Positions 47,305 to 58,068 of a DNA stretch of 64,000 nt are shown here, one piece after another (positions within the stretch are counted from its first letter, which is position 1; every line of letters starts with the position of its first letter). Source of the stretch: Desulfuromonas sp. (GTDB lineage: Bacteria > Desulfobacterota > Desulfuromonadia > Desulfuromonadales > UBA2294); the NCBI GenBank assembly GCA_002868925.1, contig PKTZ01000020.1, forward strand, positions 3,710 to 67,709, in the 5' to 3' direction. A model generated the notes under the pieces. It ran no database searches. It was given only the letters and a program-made list of their open reading frames with translations, and was not told the origin of the DNA. Made by a program: the position numbers and the translations under genes.

Positions 47305-48055
47305 GGGCGGTCCCGCCTCACTCATCCGCAGCACCGATACCCTGAATTTTGAACAGACCGCCGAACTGCCACCGTCCGCTTCGGCGGCTCTTCTTTGCTG
47401 GCAGTCGCGCCCCGGCGAGATCGTCACCGTCAGCGGACCGGACGGTTCCTGCTGGCGCTGCCGGGTCGAGTCGCTGCGCGATGATGCGGCAACCATCGTT
47501 CCGTTTGAAAGTTTGCCGAGGCCGGTCGAAAGCCCGATCGCGATAACGGTTTACCACGCCCTGCCGGAAAAAGAGCGGTTCGAACTTGTGTTGCAGAAAC
47601 TGACCGAGCTCGGAGTGACCCGGGTCGTGCCGATGTTGACCGAACGTTCGGCAACTCTGGATGAGTGGGACGCCGCCCAGGAAATACCGCACCGCTGGTC
47701 GCAGGCCGTGCTCAAGGCGGCAAAACAGTGTCGGCGCGCCATGATTCCGGAGTTGGCAGAGTTGATCGCATGGAACACCGCGCTCGCTGATACCGCGCAG
47801 AGCGATACCAGGTTGATGCTCTGTGAGGGAGAGACGAACTGGTCGCTGCAGGAGGTGTTCGAGCGTAATCGGCCGATCAAGGTCGCCCTCATGATCGGCC
47901 CGGAGGGCGGGTTCAGCCCGGAAGAGGTCGCGCAGGCCGAACAGCAAGGGATTTTGCCGATTGTGCTCGGGCCGCGGATTTTGCGTGCCGAAACCGCCGC
48001 CATCGCGGCCGTCACAGGTATCCAGTACGCCGTAGGCGATCTGGCGACAGGTTGA
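47282..48055 (+). CDS. rsmE: 16S rRNA (uracil1498-N3)-methyltransferase RsmE
   Basis: Probable TTG start 47282 (MKLVFVNEG). The track ORF starts at 47210 inside holC. PEKERFELVLQKLTELGV, MIGPEGGFSPEEV, GPRILRAETAAIAA. Confidence 0.85.
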   Translation: MKLVFVNEGGPASLIRSTDTLNFEQTAELPPSASAALLCWQSRPGEIVTVSGPDGSCWRCRVESLRDDAATIVPFESLPRPVESPIAITVYHALPEKERFELVLQKLTELGVTRVVPMLTERSATLDEWDAAQEIPHRWSQAVLKAAKQCRRAMIPELAELIAWNTALADTAQSDTRLMLCEGETNWSLQEVFERNRPIKVALMIGPEGGFSPEEVAQAEQQGILPIVLGPRILRAETAAIAAVTGIQYAVGDLATG

Positions 48056-48057
48056 AA

Positions 48058-48825
48058 ATGAGTCTGAATGAACAAAATGTCAGGGTTGTCCTGGTCGAAC
48101 CGCAGGGGAGCCTGAATATCGGTTCGGTTGCCCGGGTGATGGCCAATTTCGGGTTCGGCAAGCTCTACCTGGTCAACCCGGAAGCCGATCACCTCAATGA
48201 TGAGGCGCGCCGGATGGCGGTCAAGGCGGCCCCGTTGCTCGAGCAGGCGGTGATCGTGCCCGATCTCGCCGCCGCTCTGGCCGATTGCCGGCTGGCGCTC
48301 GGGACGACCCGTCGTTTCGGCAAGTACCGTGAAGATTTTCTGCATCCGGATGAGCTCGGTCCGCAGGTTGTTCCGGTCGCCGAGGCGGGAGAGGTGGCGC
48401 TCGTGTTCGGGCGTGAAGATAAAGGGTTGTTGACCGAAGAGCTCGATCTCTGTCAGCGTTTTATCACCATCCCGACCAGTGACGAATTGCCGTCGATGAA
48501 CCTGGCGCAGTCGGTCGCCGTCTCTCTTTATGGACTTGTCCTCTCGTCGCGCAATCACGAAGGCGAGAACCGGCATGGCCGCAAGTCTCTCGCCTCCGGC
48601 CAGACCCTCGAACGGCTGTACGACCATATGCGGCGGACTCTGCTCGATATCGAGTATCTCGATCCGCAAAACCCCGAACATATCCTGCACACCTACCGGC
48701 GAATCTTCGGCCGGGCGCAGCTTAACGACCGCGAGGTGCGGGTATTACGCGGGCTGCTCAGCCGGATCGACTGGGTTGAAGCAGAGCGGAGAAAAGGTTT
48801 AAAGGATAAGTTAGATGAAGAATGA
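48058..48825 (+). CDS. SpoU/TrmH-family RNA 2'-O-methyltransferase (TrmJ-like)
   Basis: ATG 48058 (the track start 48052 is TTG). VVLVEPQGSLNIGSVARVMANFG, FGREDKGL, PSMNLAQSVAV. Confidence 0.85.
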   Translation: MSLNEQNVRVVLVEPQGSLNIGSVARVMANFGFGKLYLVNPEADHLNDEARRMAVKAAPLLEQAVIVPDLAAALADCRLALGTTRRFGKYREDFLHPDELGPQVVPVAEAGEVALVFGREDKGLLTEELDLCQRFITIPTSDELPSMNLAQSVAVSLYGLVLSSRNHEGENRHGRKSLASGQTLERLYDHMRRTLLDIEYLDPQNPEHILHTYRRIFGRAQLNDREVRVLRGLLSRIDWVEAERRKGLKDKLDEE

Positions 48826-49213
48826 CAAGCTGATCGCCCGCCATCGCCTCGATAATGGGCTCGAGCTTCTTTTTTGTGAGCAGGGGAATCGCTATTTCGG
48901 CGATTACCACCAGGTCAAGGTGGTCGTCATCTGTCGGGTGCCGGTCGATGAATCGATGCAGTCGGAGCATCTGTCGTTGCCGGACCTGCAAAAGGCGAAG
49001 CAGCTGTTCGGTGACCAGGTCGAGTATCGTCGCGAGCTGCGCCAGATGGCGGTCGCCGGGGACGATGTCGAAACGGTCCGGGACGACTTGGTCCGGAATT
49101 TCATCGCGAACAGCGGCGCCTACATGCAGGCGGCCGGGTTCGCCTCCCGGTTCATTGCGCGCAAGCTGAAAGAGCATCGCAACCGCAGTCGGCTGCATCT
49201 GTTTAAACCATGA
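48815..49213 (+). CDS. Hypothetical protein (132 aa)
   Basis: ORF overlaps both neighbours by a few nt in an operon-like arrangement. No family recognised. Confidence 0.55.
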   Translation: MKNDKLIARHRLDNGLELLFCEQGNRYFGDYHQVKVVVICRVPVDESMQSEHLSLPDLQKAKQLFGDQVEYRRELRQMAVAGDDVETVRDDLVRNFIANSGAYMQAAGFASRFIARKLKEHRNRSRLHLFKP

Positions 49214-50493
49214 TCGAACTGAATATCGAAAAGCTTGCCTTCGGCGGGCGCGGCATCGGTTACGATAACGGCAAGGCGGTCTTCGTGCCGTACACCATGC
49301 CGGGTGACCGTGTCGCCTGCAAGGTCGTTCGTGAGAAAAAGCGCTATTGCGAAGCCGAACCGGTCGAGCTGTTGCAGCCGGCGCCGCAACGGCAACAGCC
49401 GCGCTGTTCGGTTTTCGCCGACTGCGGCGGTTGCCAATGGCAGCACCTTCCTTATCCGCTGCAGCTCGAGTGGAAGGAACAGCTTTTTCGTGATGCCCTG
49501 GTGCGACAGCACGATCTCGATGAGGGGCTGTTTGATCCGATCGTTTCGTCGCCGAATGAGTGGCACTATCGCTGCCGGGCCCAGATCAAATGCCGCAAGG
49601 TCGGCGATCGTTTCGTCGCCGGCTTTTACCGGGCCGGTTCGCATTATGTCGTCGATATCGACCACTGTCCGCTGCTCGCATTGGAGATAAACTCAGTTTT
49701 TACGCGTATTAAGTCACATTTGGCTAACTTCGACCGGGTCGAGCGGATTTCGCAGATTGACCTCTCGGTCGACGATTCCGGCCAGGTCTGTGCCATCATT
49801 CATTACCTCGAGACGCCACTCGAACCGTTGTGGAAATGGATGCAGCCGTTGGTCGAAGAGCTGAATCTTGCGCTCTTCGTACAGCAGGGTAGCAAGCAGA
49901 GCCTGACCGCACTGACATCCGGGCCTGAGCCGTTTATCCGCCCCTTGCGCGGAGATGATATGCGGCTTCATTATCCCCCCGGCGGTTTCGTCCAGGTCAA
50001 CCTCGAACAGAACCGGAACCTGGTCGACGATGTCTGTCGAGAGGTGTCTCCGGATTCTCGTATTCTCGATCTTTTTTGCGGTATCGGTAATTTTTCGCTG
50101 CCGCTGGCACGGACGGCGCGGCGGGTGGTCGGGATCGAGGACTATGCTCTGGCAATCGACGCCGCCATCGAAAACGGGCAAAGGAATGGTCTGGATAATA
50201 GCTCCTTTGTAGCGACTGCCGCCGAACGGGGGCTGCAGGAACAATGGCAGAACGAAGATTTCGAAGTGGTGCTGCTCGATCCGCCCCGGACAGGTGCTTG
50301 TGAGGTCGCCCGACAGCTCGTGGACCTGCGTCCTGCACGCATTATCTACATCTCATGTGATCCGATGACCCTCGCCCGCGACTTGAAGCCGCTGCTGAAT
50401 GGCGGTTACCGGCCGCTTAAGTTCCGTGCTTACGATATGTTTCCCCAGACCGGCCATATTGAATCGCTGACTCTGCTCGAACGGATCTATTGA
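49210..50493 (+). CDS. RumA/RlmD-type 23S rRNA (uracil-C5)-methyltransferase (TRAM domain, Fe-S Cys cluster, SAM MTase)
   Basis: TRAM N-terminus (GRGIGYDNGKAVFVPYTMPGDRV), Cys cluster CSVFADCGGCQWQH, SAM motif DLFCGIGNFSLP, DPPRTG, catalytic YISCDP. Confidence 0.85.
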   Translation: MIELNIEKLAFGGRGIGYDNGKAVFVPYTMPGDRVACKVVREKKRYCEAEPVELLQPAPQRQQPRCSVFADCGGCQWQHLPYPLQLEWKEQLFRDALVRQHDLDEGLFDPIVSSPNEWHYRCRAQIKCRKVGDRFVAGFYRAGSHYVVDIDHCPLLALEINSVFTRIKSHLANFDRVERISQIDLSVDDSGQVCAIIHYLETPLEPLWKWMQPLVEELNLALFVQQGSKQSLTALTSGPEPFIRPLRGDDMRLHYPPGGFVQVNLEQNRNLVDDVCREVSPDSRILDLFCGIGNFSLPLARTARRVVGIEDYALAIDAAIENGQRNGLDNSSFVATAAERGLQEQWQNEDFEVVLLDPPRTGACEVARQLVDLRPARIIYISCDPMTLARDLKPLLNGGYRPLKFRAYDMFPQTGHIESLTLLERIY

Positions 50494-50554
50494 CTCCTGA
50501 TTGCATGTCCTGTCTCGACTGTTAAACTTGGACACACAAACAGCCGAGGTTCCC

Positions 50555-51241
50555 ATGAAAAAATTTCTGTCTTTCCTGTTGCCGTCCCTGTTCCTGCTTT
50601 CGGCCTGTGGTCATTTCCAGCAAACCATGCCGCCTCTCCCGCAGGCCGCCGAGCAGTTACCGGTAGTTGACCGACTGCAGATTGCCGACGATATCGTGAT
50701 CGGTCTTTCTTATCGGCTCGATCGGTGGCAGTCGGAATCGGAGGCCCCCGATTTTTTGATTGAGGAGTTCGTTCATCATATCGAGCACGAACTTGCAGAA
50801 AAGGGGTTGGTCCGCAGCGAGGAAGAGAAGATTGCAGTCGCCCGCAAGCGGTTGGCGGCAAACGAACTCTTTATCTTCCGCTCCGAGAGCGGAGCCTGGG
50901 TTTCGATCGATTTCAGCCGACTGCGCGAAGGAGAGCGCGCCCCCGATCGCCGGGCCGTCTTTAACTCGGCCGGCTACGCCGCTGAATCCCTGGCCGGGGA
51001 GGAGGGGGTAGCGGCTCTCGATTACCGGGTGTCGGCGGTCCGTTTGCCAGGTGCCGCTTACGCTTTCCGGCTCGATGCCGATTACCTGCTGCACGAAGAA
51101 CCGCATAAATTCTCCGGCCTGATCGCTTTTGCCAATCCGTACTGGTTTTATGTCTACTACAACGATCCCTTGACCGACCGAGAGGACTTTACCGATATCG
51201 ATCGCATGCTCCGGACGCTGCAGGTCACGGTCAACCAATAA
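50555..51241 (+). CDS. Hypothetical lipoprotein
   Basis: Lipobox MKKFLSFLLPSLFLLSAC at ATG 50555 (the track ORF starts at 50501). Confidence 0.65.
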   Translation: MKKFLSFLLPSLFLLSACGHFQQTMPPLPQAAEQLPVVDRLQIADDIVIGLSYRLDRWQSESEAPDFLIEEFVHHIEHELAEKGLVRSEEEKIAVARKRLAANELFIFRSESGAWVSIDFSRLREGERAPDRRAVFNSAGYAAESLAGEEGVAALDYRVSAVRLPGAAYAFRLDADYLLHEEPHKFSGLIAFANPYWFYVYYNDPLTDREDFTDIDRMLRTLQVTVNQ

Positions 51242-51382
51242 CCATTGTCCTGTTTTCGTGGAGCGATTTGATCTGTCAGTCTGGGAGGGATCGATAGCGA
51301 GAGGCCTTTATATTCCAAATATCTGCTTGCAATCGGCAATCGTTATATGATAAGTAGTTTCTACTTTTCGTAGTTGTATTGG

Positions 51383-51414
51383 AAAAGTGGGCTTTGGCTC
51401 ACTTTTTTTTGTTT
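51383..51414 (+). terminator. Intrinsic terminator/attenuator hairpin immediately upstream of the rimP RBS
   Basis: AAAAGTGGGC-TTTG-GCTCACTTTT stem (one G-U pair) followed by TTTTGTTT. GGAGAAG RBS at 51415. Confidence 0.6.
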
Positions 51415-51431
51415 GGAGAAGACACGTGAAC

Positions 51432-51920
51432 ATGATGCAGCGATCACTTGTCGACGAGCTGGTCGATCTTGCCACCCCGATTCTGGACGAATTCGGTTAC
51501 GAACTGGTAGATCTCGAGTTCAAGCGCGAAGGGTCGGACTGGTTCCTCCGGATTTTTATCGACAAGGAGGGCGGGGTCGGACTCGACGACTGCGTCAGCG
51601 TAAGCCGGGAGCTGAGTGCACTCCTCGAAGTCGAGGACATCATCGAAACCGCCTACCGGCTGGAGGTTTCGTCACCCGGTCTCGATCGGCCGTTGAAGAA
51701 GCCGGAAGATTTTGAGCGCTTCGCCGGTGAAAAGGTCAAGGTCAAGACTCTCGACCTGATCGACCCGGACGAACGTGGCTATACCCGCAAGACCTTCAGC
51801 GGAACCCTCGTCGGACTGTTCGACGGCAGGATCCGCCTGCAGCTGCTCGACAAAAAGGGCGGCGAAATAGAAATCGCATTGACCGAGATCGGCTCGGCCC
51901 ATCTCGATCCGGAATTTTAA
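51432..51920 (+). CDS. rimP: Ribosome maturation factor RimP
   Basis: ATG 51432 after GGAGAAG. ILDEFGYELVDLEF, LRIFIDKEGGVGLDDC, LEVSSPGLDRPL. Confidence 0.9.
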   Translation: MMQRSLVDELVDLATPILDEFGYELVDLEFKREGSDWFLRIFIDKEGGVGLDDCVSVSRELSALLEVEDIIETAYRLEVSSPGLDRPLKKPEDFERFAGEKVKVKTLDLIDPDERGYTRKTFSGTLVGLFDGRIRLQLLDKKGGEIEIALTEIGSAHLDPEF

Positions 51921-51977
51921 CAAAACGCAGCACGTTGCTGCCTCGATTTAGAAGAAAGACGCAAGGGGGACAATCAG

Positions 51978-53270
51978 ATGGTTCTCAATCTGAATCATGT
52001 CATCGATCAGGTCGTCAAGGACAAGGGTATTAACAAGGACGTACTCGTAGAGGCGCTCGAATCAGCCGTTTTGTCGGCCGCCAACAAGAAGTACCGCAAC
52101 ACCCGCGACCTGGAAGCACATTTCAACCACGAGATCGGCGAAGTCGAGCTGTTTGAGTTTGTCACGGTCGTCGAGGAGGTTGAGGACTCCTACCAGGAGA
52201 TCTCCATCGAGGAGGCGAAGGAAATCGATCCCGACGCCGAACCGGGCGATTCTCTCGGGATGAAGCTCGATGCTTCCAATTTCAGCCGCATCGCCGCCCA
52301 GACTGCCAAGCAGGTGATCATCCAGAAGGTGCGTGAGGCTGAGCGTGAAGGGATCTACAACGAATTCAAGGACCGGATCGGTGAACTGCTTAACGGCATC
52401 GTTCGTCGCTACGAGCGGGGTGATCTGATTATCGATCTCGGCCGGGCCGAGGCGCTTTTGCCGCATCGTGAGCAGGTGCCGCGCGAAAATTACCGCCAGG
52501 GAGATCGGGTCAGGGCGTACCTCTCCGAAGTAAAGCTGTCTCCGAAAGGGCCGCAGATTATCCTCTCCCGTACTCATCCGGGCGTGGTCGCTTCACTGTT
52601 CAACTCAGAAGTCCCTGAGATTTCCGAGGGGATCGTCGAGATCATGGGTGTTGCCCGTGAGCCGGGCAGCCGGACCAAGATCGCCGTGGTGTCGCACGAT
52701 TCCGATGTCGATCCGGTCGGCGCCTGCGTCGGGATGCGTGGCTCACGCGTGCAGAATGTCGTCTCCGAGCTGCGCGGTGAGAAGATCGATATCATCCCCT
52801 GGACTCCCGACATCGCCCGTTTCGCCTGTTCGGCCCTGTCGCCGGCCGAGGTGACCCGGGTCTATGTCGACAACGACGAGCAGGCGCTGGAGATCATCGT
52901 GCCGGACGATCAGTTGTCGCTGGCGATCGGCAAGAAGGGGCAGAACGTCCGTCTCGCCGCCAAGCTGACCAACTGGAAAATTGATATCAAGAGCGAGACC
53001 CGGGCAGAAGAGGCCGAACTGGAAGAGGCTGCTGCCGCCGCCGAGGCGGAAGAGGACCTTTCCGCCGAATCGCTGCTTGAGAAACATACCAAGGACGAAC
53101 TGTACCAGATGGCGAAAGTGCACTCCGTCCCCGGACGCAGCTCGCTGAGCAAGGAAGAGCTGGCCGAAAAGTTGGCCGAAATCCTGCCGACGGTGGTCGA
53201 GGAAGTCGACGAAGAGGACGAAATGCAGCACGCCGTCGCCGATCCTCACGCCGAGGAGGAGACGGAATAA
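51978..53270 (+). CDS. nusA: Transcription termination/antitermination factor NusA
   Basis: 430 aa. N-terminal domain, S1 ([15 protein letters not shown]), KH1/KH2 ([11 protein letters not shown]; [15 protein letters not shown]), acidic C-terminal extension. Confidence 0.97.
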   Translation: MVLNLNHVIDQVVKDKGINKDVLVEALESAVLSAANKKYRNTRDLEAHFNHEIGEVELFEFVTVVEEVEDSYQEISIEEAKEIDPDAEPGDSLGMKLDASNFSRIAAQTAKQVIIQKVREAEREGIYNEFKDRIGELLNGIVRRYERGDLIIDLGRAEALLPHREQVPRENYRQGDRVRAYLSEVKLSPKGPQIILSRTHPGVVASLFNSEVPEISEGIVEIMGVAREPGSRTKIAVVSHDSDVDPVGACVGMRGSRVQNVVSELRGEKIDIIPWTPDIARFACSALSPAEVTRVYVDNDEQALEIIVPDDQLSLAIGKKGQNVRLAAKLTNWKIDIKSETRAEEAELEEAAAAAEAEEDLSAESLLEKHTKDELYQMAKVHSVPGRSSLSKEELAEKLAEILPTVVEEVDEEDEMQHAVADPHAEEETE

Positions 53271-53277
53271 GCCATCG

Positions 53278-53871
53278 ATGGAGACGACTTGTCGCAAGGT
53301 GGAGAGAAGCTGTATCGCCTGTCGGGAAAAACGGGAGCAACAGCAACTGATCCGTTTCGTTCTCGCCCCCGATAAGACGATCGTCGTCGATTACCGGCAC
53401 CGGTTGCCGGGGCGGGGCGCATATATATGTATCGATCGAGGTTGTATCGATACCGCCGTGGCCAGAAACTGTTTCGACCGCGCCTTTCGCCAGAAACTGC
53501 CGGCGCAACAGGGAGAAGAGCTGGTTTCCGCCGTCGCTGAAGCCATTGGCCAGCGGTTGCTCGGTCTTCTCGGTATCGCCCGCAAGGCGGGTGGGGTGGC
53601 CAGCGGTACCAGCCAGATCCAGGCTATTCTCGATCGCGGTGAGGTTCATCTTCTGATCGCCGCCGTCGATGCGCCGGCGGGGACGGTTTCGAAAGCGTTG
53701 AAAACAGCCGAAGCGCACGGGGTCAAGACGGCCCGTTTCGCGGACCGGGAGAGTCTCGGTCGGGTCGCAGGCCGCGACGGTCGCAGCTTGATCGGCATCA
53801 CAAATGAGCAATTCGCCGAATCATTGGCACTGGAAATAAAAAGGTTGCAGCAGATTGCAGGGGAGAATTGA
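53278..53871 (+). CDS. Fusion of YlxR/RnpM-like (DUF448) and L7Ae/YlxQ-like RNA-binding domains
   Basis: N-terminus: [19 protein letters not shown]...[11 protein letters not shown]-terminus: [36 protein letters not shown]. Confidence 0.8.
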   Translation: METTCRKVERSCIACREKREQQQLIRFVLAPDKTIVVDYRHRLPGRGAYICIDRGCIDTAVARNCFDRAFRQKLPAQQGEELVSAVAEAIGQRLLGLLGIARKAGGVASGTSQIQAILDRGEVHLLIAAVDAPAGTVSKALKTAEAHGVKTARFADRESLGRVAGRDGRSLIGITNEQFAESLALEIKRLQQIAGEN

Positions 53872-56450
53872 TGGGTAAGACACGCGTTCACGAATTGGCC
53901 AAGAAGCTCGAAATGGAAAACAAGGAGCTTCTGGAGAAACTTCAGGAAGCTGGAATTGAAGCCGCCAGCCATATGAGCGTTCTGGAAGAGGAAGATGTCC
54001 AGAAGTTCGAAGCGGCTCAATCACCGCAGCAGGTGAAGATTGAAGAGCAGCGGATCAATCCCGGGATTATCCGGCGACGCAAAAAAGCTGTTGAGCCGAA
54101 GGCAGCGCCTGCCGAGGAACCGGTAGCGGAGGAAGAGCGGCCGGAAACGGAGGCTGCCGAAGAAGAGGCCGCGACGGAACCGGCAACGGAAGCTCCCGAA
54201 GAGGTAACTGCCGAGCCTGCGCAGGAAGCAACGGCCGAACAGGAGCCACAAGAGGCGCCGACGGCCGAGGAGCCGGCACCGGCCAAGTCGAAAGCCGAGG
54301 CGAAGCCTGAGAAGGCGAGTGCCAACCGGGCCAAAATTCTCGGTCGCGTTGAACTGCCGACCCCGGCCGAAAGACCGTCCCGTCCGGCCCGGGGCGATGC
54401 CCCAGGCCGAAAGAAACCTGCAGGAAAGCCTGCCGGGAAACGTCCCGGAGGAGCTCCCCAGGTGCCTGCTCCCGGGATGGCGCCGCCGCCTCCTGAGAAG
54501 GAACAGTCTCGGGGCAAGAAGCGGAAAAAAGGGAAGGAGCGGGTCGACTTCGGCTCCGGTGATGGCCCGAAACGGCGCGGCAGACGCGAGGTGTTCGAGC
54601 CGGACCGCGATTTCGGTCGACGTAAAGGCCGCAAGCGGGACAAGCCGGCCAAGAAGACCGAGATCACCGTCAGTAAGGCGATCAAGCGGAAAATCAAGAT
54701 CAGCGATGTTATCACCGTCGGTGAACTGGCGAAGCGGATGAGTATCAAGGCGAACGACCTGATCCGCGAACTGATAAACCAGGGACAGATGGTAACGATC
54801 AACCATCCTCTCGATTTTGATACGGCAGCGATCCTCGCCTCTGAATTCGACTATGAGGTCGAAAATATCGCTTTCGACGAGGAGACCATCCTCGAAAAGA
54901 CGGATATCAACCTCGATGACGAAGGGAAGTCCGAGGATATTTGTGAGCGACCGCCGGTCGTGACCATCATGGGTCATGTCGACCACGGCAAGACCAGTCT
55001 CCTCGATGCCATTCGCGAGGCGAACGTCACCGCCGGTGAAGCGGGCGGGATCACCCAGCATATCGGTGCCTACGAGGTCGATATCGACGGGCGCAAGATC
55101 GCCTTCCTCGACACCCCGGGCCACGAGGCGTTTACCGCCATGCGTTCGCGCGGTGCCCAGGTTACCGATATCGTTATCCTGGTTGTCGCCGCCGACGACG
55201 GCGTTATGCCGCAGACCAAGGAGGCGATCAACCACGCCAAGGCGGCCGGAGTGCCGCTGATCATCGCCGTCAACAAGATCGACAAGCCGGATGCCAACCC
55301 GGATCGGGTCAAGCAGGAGCTTGCCGAGTTCGAACTGGTTCCGGAGGACTGGGGTGGCGACACTATCTTCGTCGAGGTCTCGGCCAAGCAGCAGACCAAC
55401 CTCGATCAATTGCTAGAGATGATCCTGCTCCAGGCAGAAGTCCTGGAGCTCAAGGCCAACCCGAAGAAGAGAGCGAAGGGTACGGTTGTCGAAGCCCGCC
55501 TCGATAAGGGGCGCGGCCCGGTCTCGACCATTCTGGTCCAGGAAGGGACGCTCAAGATCGGTGATCCGATCGTGTCCGGCCTGCATTTCGGCCGGGTCCG
55601 GACCATGCTTGACGATCTCGGCAAGCCGGTCGAAGAGGCCGGTCCGTCCTGTCCGGTTGAGGTGACCGGTCTCTCCGGTGTCCCCGATGCCGGCGATACC
55701 CTGCACGCGGTCGAGGATGAAAAGACGGCCAAAGACGTCGCCCAGCACCGTCAACAGAAGCTGCGCGAGTCGGAACTGGCCAAGACCAGCAAGGTCTCTC
55801 TCGACCAACTCTACGCCCAGATCCAGGAAGGGGACGTCAAGGAGCTCAAGATTATTATCAAGGCCGACGTTCAGGGTTCAGTCGAGGCGGTCAAGGATGC
55901 CCTCAACAAGCTTGCGACCGACGCCTGTCGCCTGGTCGTGATCCATACCGCTGTCGGTGGTATTATCGAGAGCGATATCAGTCTCGCCTCGGCCTCGAAC
56001 GCCATCGTCCTCGGCTTCAACGTCCGGCCGGAAGTGAAAGCGTCCAACCTGGCGGAGAAGGAAGGGGTCGATATCCGGCTCTACAACATCATCTACGATG
56101 CGGTCGAGGATATCCGTAATGCCATGGAGGGTCTGCTCGCGCCGACCCTGCAAGAGAAGGCGATGGGGCGGATCGAGATCCGCGAGACCTTCCATGTTTC
56201 CAAGGTCGGCACGGTCGCCGGTTGTTATGTTCTCGACGGCAAGGTCATGCGCAACGCCAAGGCGCGCCTGGTCCGTGACAATATTGTAATCTGGGAGGGG
56301 ACGCTCAACTCACTCAAGCGTTTCAAGGACGATGTCAAAGAGGTTCAGGCCGGTTACGAGTGTGGTCTCGGTCTGGAGAACTACAACGACATCAAGGTGG
56401 GTGACATCCTCGAAGCCTACGAGATGGAAGAGGTCAAAACGACACTTTAA
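53871..56450 (+). CDS. infB: Translation initiation factor IF-2
   Basis: ATG 53871 overlaps the preceding TGA. Low-complexity Ala/Glu/Pro/Lys N-terminus. GTPase [26 protein letters not shown]. Confidence 0.97.
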   Translation: MGKTRVHELAKKLEMENKELLEKLQEAGIEAASHMSVLEEEDVQKFEAAQSPQQVKIEEQRINPGIIRRRKKAVEPKAAPAEEPVAEEERPETEAAEEEAATEPATEAPEEVTAEPAQEATAEQEPQEAPTAEEPAPAKSKAEAKPEKASANRAKILGRVELPTPAERPSRPARGDAPGRKKPAGKPAGKRPGGAPQVPAPGMAPPPPEKEQSRGKKRKKGKERVDFGSGDGPKRRGRREVFEPDRDFGRRKGRKRDKPAKKTEITVSKAIKRKIKISDVITVGELAKRMSIKANDLIRELINQGQMVTINHPLDFDTAAILASEFDYEVENIAFDEETILEKTDINLDDEGKSEDICERPPVVTIMGHVDHGKTSLLDAIREANVTAGEAGGITQHIGAYEVDIDGRKIAFLDTPGHEAFTAMRSRGAQVTDIVILVVAADDGVMPQTKEAINHAKAAGVPLIIAVNKIDKPDANPDRVKQELAEFELVPEDWGGDTIFVEVSAKQQTNLDQLLEMILLQAEVLELKANPKKRAKGTVVEARLDKGRGPVSTILVQEGTLKIGDPIVSGLHFGRVRTMLDDLGKPVEEAGPSCPVEVTGLSGVPDAGDTLHAVEDEKTAKDVAQHRQQKLRESELAKTSKVSLDQLYAQIQEGDVKELKIIIKADVQGSVEAVKDALNKLATDACRLVVIHTAVGGIIESDISLASASNAIVLGFNVRPEVKASNLAEKEGVDIRLYNIIYDAVEDIRNAMEGLLAPTLQEKAMGRIEIRETFHVSKVGTVAGCYVLDGKVMRNAKARLVRDNIVIWEGTLNSLKRFKDDVKEVQAGYECGLGLENYNDIKVGDILEAYEMEEVKTTL

Positions 56451-56462
56451 ACGGTAGGAGCC

Positions 56463-56750
56463 ATGATCGTCGGAGTGTTGCGCCTTGAGCTGCAGCTTTA
56501 TTCGCCACAGAGCTTGAAGGAGAAGCGTTCAATCGTACGCCGCATCCTCGGGCGCTGTCGCGAGCGTTTCCCGGTTTCGGCCGCCGAGACCGGCCTGCAT
56601 GATCCATGGCAGCGCGCCGAGGTCGGCTTCACTGCTGTCGGCAGTGACGATGTCACATTCGACGCATTGTTTGAAAAAATTGAATCAGAGATTGAACGGA
56701 CCGGGCTGGCTGAAATCTGTGCCCGGTCTTCTGATATCTTCCACTATTAA
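56463..56750 (+). CDS. DUF503 (YlxP-like) protein
   Basis: 95 aa. MIVGVLRLELQLYSPQSLKEKRSIVRRI is typical of DUF503, at the conserved position between infB and rbfA. Confidence 0.8.
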   Translation: MIVGVLRLELQLYSPQSLKEKRSIVRRILGRCRERFPVSAAETGLHDPWQRAEVGFTAVGSDDVTFDALFEKIESEIERTGLAEICARSSDIFHY

Positions 56751-56763
56751 CGGAGAGTGCTTT

Positions 56764-57135
56764 TTGGAGTTCAAACGTTCACATCGTGTTGGCGAAACCA
56801 TCCTCAAGGAGGTTTCGGAGATCCTCAACCGGGGCCTTAAGGATCCCCGGGTCGGTTATGTTACCATCACCGCGGTCGATGTGACGCCCGATCTGAGCAT
56901 CGCCCGGGTTTTTTACACGGTTATCGGTGATGAGAAGGAACGGCACCAGACCGGGGAAGGGCTGGCCAAGGCGACCCCCTATATCCGTCGACAGCTGTCA
57001 CAGCGGTTGCGGATGCGGCGCACGCCCGAGATCGAGTTCCGCTACGATACTTCGATCGATTATGGCAACCATATCGAATCCCTGCTGAAAGATATCGAGA
57101 ATGAGCGAAGCGACGACGATCAAGGCGATAACTGA
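56764..57135 (+). CDS. rbfA: Ribosome-binding factor A
   Basis: Probable TTG start 56764 after GGAGAG. RSHRVGETILKEVSEILNRGLKDPRVGYVTITAVDVTPDLSIARVFY. Confidence 0.88.
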   Translation: MEFKRSHRVGETILKEVSEILNRGLKDPRVGYVTITAVDVTPDLSIARVFYTVIGDEKERHQTGEGLAKATPYIRRQLSQRLRMRRTPEIEFRYDTSIDYGNHIESLLKDIENERSDDDQGDN

Positions 57136-58060
57136 CCTGATCCGCGAGCAGGAGAGTTTCCTGGTCGCCTCACACGAAAGCCCGGACGGCGACGCCCTGG
57201 CCTCGACCCTCGCCCTGACCCTCGCCCTGCGCGGGATGGGCAAAGAGGTAGTCGCCTACAACCAGGACGGCGTTGTCACACCGTTCTCTTTTCTCCCCGG
57301 CGCTGAGACCCTGGTCGACACCCTGCCGGTGGGTCAGTCGTTCGATGTCGGCTTCGTGCTTGACGCCGGCGAGCTGAAGCGGGCCGGTGACGAACTCCGG
57401 GATCGCTGCCGGGTACTGGTCAATATCGACCATCATCCCTGCTCCGAGGACTTCGGTGAGCATTACTTCGTTGACGAGTCGGCCTGTTCGACCGGGGTGC
57501 TGATTTACCGCCTGCTCCAGGCGATGCAGTGCCCGATCGACACCGCCGTTGCAACCAACCTCTACGTGACCATCCTCTCCGACACCGGTTCGTTCCGCTA
57601 CTCAAACGCCGACAAGGAGGCCTTTGCCGTCGCCTCCGAGATGATCGACAAGGGGCTCAATGCCTGGGATATCGCCTCGCGGCTCTATGAAACCCAACCG
57701 GTGGAGCGTCTGAACCTGCTCGGTGAGGCGCTGCAGACCCTGACTGTCTCCAAGTGCGGTCGTTTCGCTTCGGTCAGTGTCTCTTGTGCCATGATGGAGC
57801 GGGCCGGGGCCGGTCCCGAGCATACCGACGGCTTCGTCAACTATCCCCGATCGATCGAGGGGGTCGAGGTCGCTATCTTCTTCCGCGAAATTTCGACCGG
57901 TCTGTTCAAGGTCGGTTTTCGCTCCAAGGGGAACGTCGATGTCGGTGCCCTGGCACGAGAACTCGGCGGCGGCGGTCATCACAACGCGGCCGGGGCCAAG
58001 GTCGAGGGTAACCTCGCCGAGGTCCGCGCCGAAGTCTTCAAACGCCTCGGTATCTCCTGA
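57101..58060 (+). CDS. DHH/DHHA1 phosphoesterase (NrnA-like oligoribonuclease/pAp phosphatase)
   Basis: SHESPDGDALAS, NIDHH, DTGSFRYSN, GGGHHNAAG. Confidence 0.88.
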   Translation: MSEATTIKAITDLIREQESFLVASHESPDGDALASTLALTLALRGMGKEVVAYNQDGVVTPFSFLPGAETLVDTLPVGQSFDVGFVLDAGELKRAGDELRDRCRVLVNIDHHPCSEDFGEHYFVDESACSTGVLIYRLLQAMQCPIDTAVATNLYVTILSDTGSFRYSNADKEAFAVASEMIDKGLNAWDIASRLYETQPVERLNLLGEALQTLTVSKCGRFASVSVSCAMMERAGAGPEHTDGFVNYPRSIEGVEVAIFFREISTGLFKVGFRSKGNVDVGALARELGGGGHHNAAGAKVEGNLAEVRAEVFKRLGIS

Positions 58061-58068
58061 TTTCTTCC

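Noticed and set aside
54050-54660. Low-complexity Ala/Glu/Pro/Lys-rich stretch and repetitive DNA in infB
   Set aside because: This is a typical variable N-terminal region of bacterial IF-2. It is in frame and is not an independent feature.
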